Shown here: piece after piece, positions 61,514-64,000 of the stretch
Layout: each line of letters starts with the position of its first letter
Numbering within the stretch: position 1 is the first letter of the stretch
Source of the DNA: Entomortierella parvispora E1425
Lineage: Eukaryota > Fungi > Mortierellomycota
Reading direction: 5' to 3'
Length of the DNA stretch: 64,000 bases
Assembly: GCA_020891255.1 (NCBI GenBank)
Contig: BQFW01000010.1
Span: forward strand, 372,001-436,000
Notes under the pieces: model-generated
The model's input: only the letters and a program-made list of their open reading frames with translations
Told to the model about the DNA's origin: nothing
Database searches by the model: none
Translations under genes and position numbers: made by a program

Positions 61514-62917
61514 CTATGAAGCTTTGCCATAGGTGCGAAAGGATTCCAGTCGAGGCCACGTCTCTCTCATCCAAGGAATATCGGAAATCTCGTCCTTCAC
61601 ATGCCCGAGTGCTCCCCAAGTCTTTGGGATTTCTCCCTCTTGCCAGTGAATCCGGACAGGATCCAAACCACCCACAATGACTGATTTTAGCTCCTTCATA
61701 CAGCACAATTGGTCAAACAAACACCGACGTGCTTTATCGTCCTTGCAATCCACAAATCGCACATTGAGCGTCTCCAGTCCTGAACACACCCAACCGAGCG
61801 GTCCAACGCCACGACTGCCCGTCTCATTCTCGTCAGACACAGGTGTTACCTCGGGTGTTTCGATCATCGAACTGGCTCGCAGGGTGTAGCAGTCCAAAAC
61901 ACGAAGACGACGGCAGGAGCACAAGACCACATCGACCATACTCGCTACATTCCACCCACGAAGATTCAGCACCTCCAAGAGTGGAAACTGTTGTGATAAA
62001 GAACCATGGATCTCAACGTCCGTAATCCTCCAGGGCGAGTACGAAGGCACGTGAAGTTCCTTGACACAGGGAGGGAGCAGTATCAAAAACTCGACCAATT
62101 CGTCCCCTCTCAGAAAGATCTGCTTTTCAGGCAAGAAAAGCCTCAAGTCCTGGAGATGCTGAAGGGATGCAAACATTTCACGGCACGTTTGGACGCCCGT
62201 CTCCCCCATCCGCACATGCTCCATATCCCAAGCCAAGGACTCGAGGTTCTTGGCGGCAGAAATAAGTCGGGTCTGGTCTAGCAAGGAAGAATATGAGGCT
62301 CCGAGGACGAGATGGCGCAACATGGGGAGACCTGCAGGGTCGGGGCAAGGCAACAACGCGTTCATGTGCACTGTGAAAGAATTAAAGCCCAGATCGAGGG
62401 AGCTGAGTCCTTGGGCGATGCGCCAGAGTGGTGAAACGAGCGTTCCATTGGATTTGGCGCCCTCTCTGTGGTAACCAAACTCAAACCCACGGACGACGAG
62501 TTCCTGGAGGTTGGGGCAGTGCTCTGTCAAGACAGAGAGGGATTCGGGGGTGAGCTCGAGGGAGGTGACCTTGTTGATCCGGGGATTGCTTTGGAGAAAG
62601 GCGATCCACGTCTTGGATATAGAAGTCGTTGACGAACCAGGACCGCGCACCTGAAGCTCGGTGAGATGGGTGCATTTGGGGGCAATGATGTTGAAGATGG
62701 GGCTCGTCATGGAGATGATGAGTCGGGTCGCATGAGGGCAATACCTCTCCAGCGCGGCAGACCGAGCGTTGGAAGAATTGATCTCCCTGAAGCAGAGGGG
62801 GGCAAAGACCGTATACCAGACTTTGTTGACGAGCGTACAATGAACAATATCCTCAAGGCCGAGGTGGACGGAAACCAGAATGAGAATCTCTGGAATGTCG
62901 ATGGAGATGGGCGTCAT
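61514..62917 (-). CDS. F-box / LRR protein; intact inverted paralog of 20736-22172
   Basis: ISIDIPEILILVSVHL F-box; highly similar to the 20736 gene and open to the end. Confidence 0.85.
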   Translation of the reverse strand: MTPISIDIPEILILVSVHLGLEDIVHCTLVNKVWYTVFAPLCFREINSSNARSAALERYCPHATRLIISMTSPIFNIIAPKCTHLTELQVRGPGSSTTSISKTWIAFLQSNPRINKVTSLELTPESLSVLTEHCPNLQELVVRGFEFGYHREGAKSNGTLVSPLWRIAQGLSSLDLGFNSFTVHMNALLPCPDPAGLPMLRHLVLGASYSSLLDQTRLISAAKNLESLAWDMEHVRMGETGVQTCREMFASLQHLQDLRLFLPEKQIFLRGDELVEFLILLPPCVKELHVPSYSPWRITDVEIHGSLSQQFPLLEVLNLRGWNVASMVDVVLCSCRRLRVLDCYTLRASSMIETPEVTPVSDENETGSRGVGPLGWVCSGLETLNVRFVDCKDDKARRCLFDQLCCMKELKSVIVGGLDPVRIHWQEGEIPKTWGALGHVKDEISDIPWMRETWPRLESFRTYGKAS

Positions 62918-63020
62918 GAAGGTGAGAACTGTGAATGACAAAAGAAGAAATGCAATGATGCATGCATGCAAATAACGGATTCGATTGCTCGGCTGTGCTG
63001 CAGTGCTTCGCACATTTTAA

Positions 63021-63854
63021 TCAAAGTGTTTTCTTTTGACGGCATTGATCCTGCTCCCGGTGTCCTCGGTGGCTGTACTCCATGATCCTTTGGTCGTTCC
63101 TCTTGAGCCGTTCCACTAAAGAGCCTGCAACTGCGGACCTGATCCCGACGTCGCCCCCAAACTCAGATCGGGCCATTTCGACGACTTTGATCTCCAAGAA
63201 CTCTTTAATTCCACCCTGACGAGTTCGGTATCCGTACAAAAAGGCAGAATGGTTATCCGGATTCAAGGCGTACTTTTCCAGGGCGAGATCCCGGCTGATG
63301 TAGCAGTTTTGTGTGGCGTAGGGTGTACTCTCATTGTTCGAGCTAAAGTGATGCTTGCGACATTGGAGGCATAGTTGGATCGTCCAATTTGGGTCCACAG
63401 GGAGGCCCACGCGTACCGTACCCATCTGCCGTTGACAGTGTGTCTCCACTTGAACAGGCAAGGGCAGTGAGGCCGCAGTCGTTGCTACTGTGTTTCTGTC
63501 AAAATAACTGTAGCACCGCTCACAGACCATGGAGCTGAAAGCACACATATAGAGCATGTAGGACCTTGACTCTGGCACCAGTGGCAAGAGACATAAGGTC
63601 CTCTTCGATTTGAACACTTTTCGAAAGAGATGTGACCAGTACGGCAGAGATGCGACTATATCCTGCAAGGCGGTGCTCACCATCGATATTCGCGACAGCT
63701 GGGAAGGGTATAGATAAGAACAGATCTTTTGCCACACTTCGAACGGAACGCGACGGTCCATGGTTAGCGGCGCAGTTCCTAGAGTTGGCTCCAAAGTTGT
63801 GCCCTGTTTATCCGTGCGGTAGGTAAAGTTGAATCGAGTGTGTTGACCACTCAT
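63021..63854 (-). CDS. F-box protein; inverted paralog of 19735-20553
   Basis: RVPFEVWQKICSYLYPSQLSRISMV, CxxC motifs and FGGDVGI. Confidence 0.8.
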   Translation of the reverse strand: MSGQHTRFNFTYRTDKQGTTLEPTLGTAPLTMDRRVPFEVWQKICSYLYPSQLSRISMVSTALQDIVASLPYWSHLFRKVFKSKRTLCLLPLVPESRSYMLYMCAFSSMVCERCYSYFDRNTVATTAASLPLPVQVETHCQRQMGTVRVGLPVDPNWTIQLCLQCRKHHFSSNNESTPYATQNCYISRDLALEKYALNPDNHSAFLYGYRTRQGGIKEFLEIKVVEMARSEFGGDVGIRSAVAGSLVERLKRNDQRIMEYSHRGHREQDQCRQKKTL

Positions 63855-64000
63855 AAGATTCTTGCAAGTGCAAATATTATGGGAGTTCTAGGTGTGGATG
63901 AGGACGTATTGTATAGTGGGGAGCGTGGGAAGCCGCGAAAAGCAATTTGAGGATCGTTGGGAAAAGTGTTTGAACGTGTGGTGCTGCCTTTCAGGGCAAG

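Overview
Eukaryotic, intron-containing fungal DNA (GT-AG introns, often with poly-T tracts). The gene-family content suggests Mortierellaceae (Mucoromycota); this is inferred, not verified. Housekeeping genes: class II HDAC with Arb2 domain, ERMARD/DUF4209-like protein, CBM48 protein, Anp1/Mnn9-family mannosyltransferase and Sct1-type GPAT. They are interspersed with about 12 F-box/LRR genes or relics, two inverted segmental duplications, and a NACHT-WD40 NLR-like gene broken by a nonsense codon. A ~12 kb mobile island (about 27.7-39.7 kb) holds a PIF/Harbinger transposase with its partner ORF, a DD34E IS630/Tc1 transposase, an interrupted accessory ORF, and a very large 7-exon Fanzor (eukaryotic TnpB-like nuclease) gene of ~1,580 codons with an intact RuvC D-E-D triad and one homopolymer frameshift. 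At 2.9-3.6 kb lies a tandem array of three ~215-240 nt units whose hairpins show compensatory base changes, a candidate structured RNA I cannot assign to any family. Exon boundaries were hand-derived; no database searches were run.
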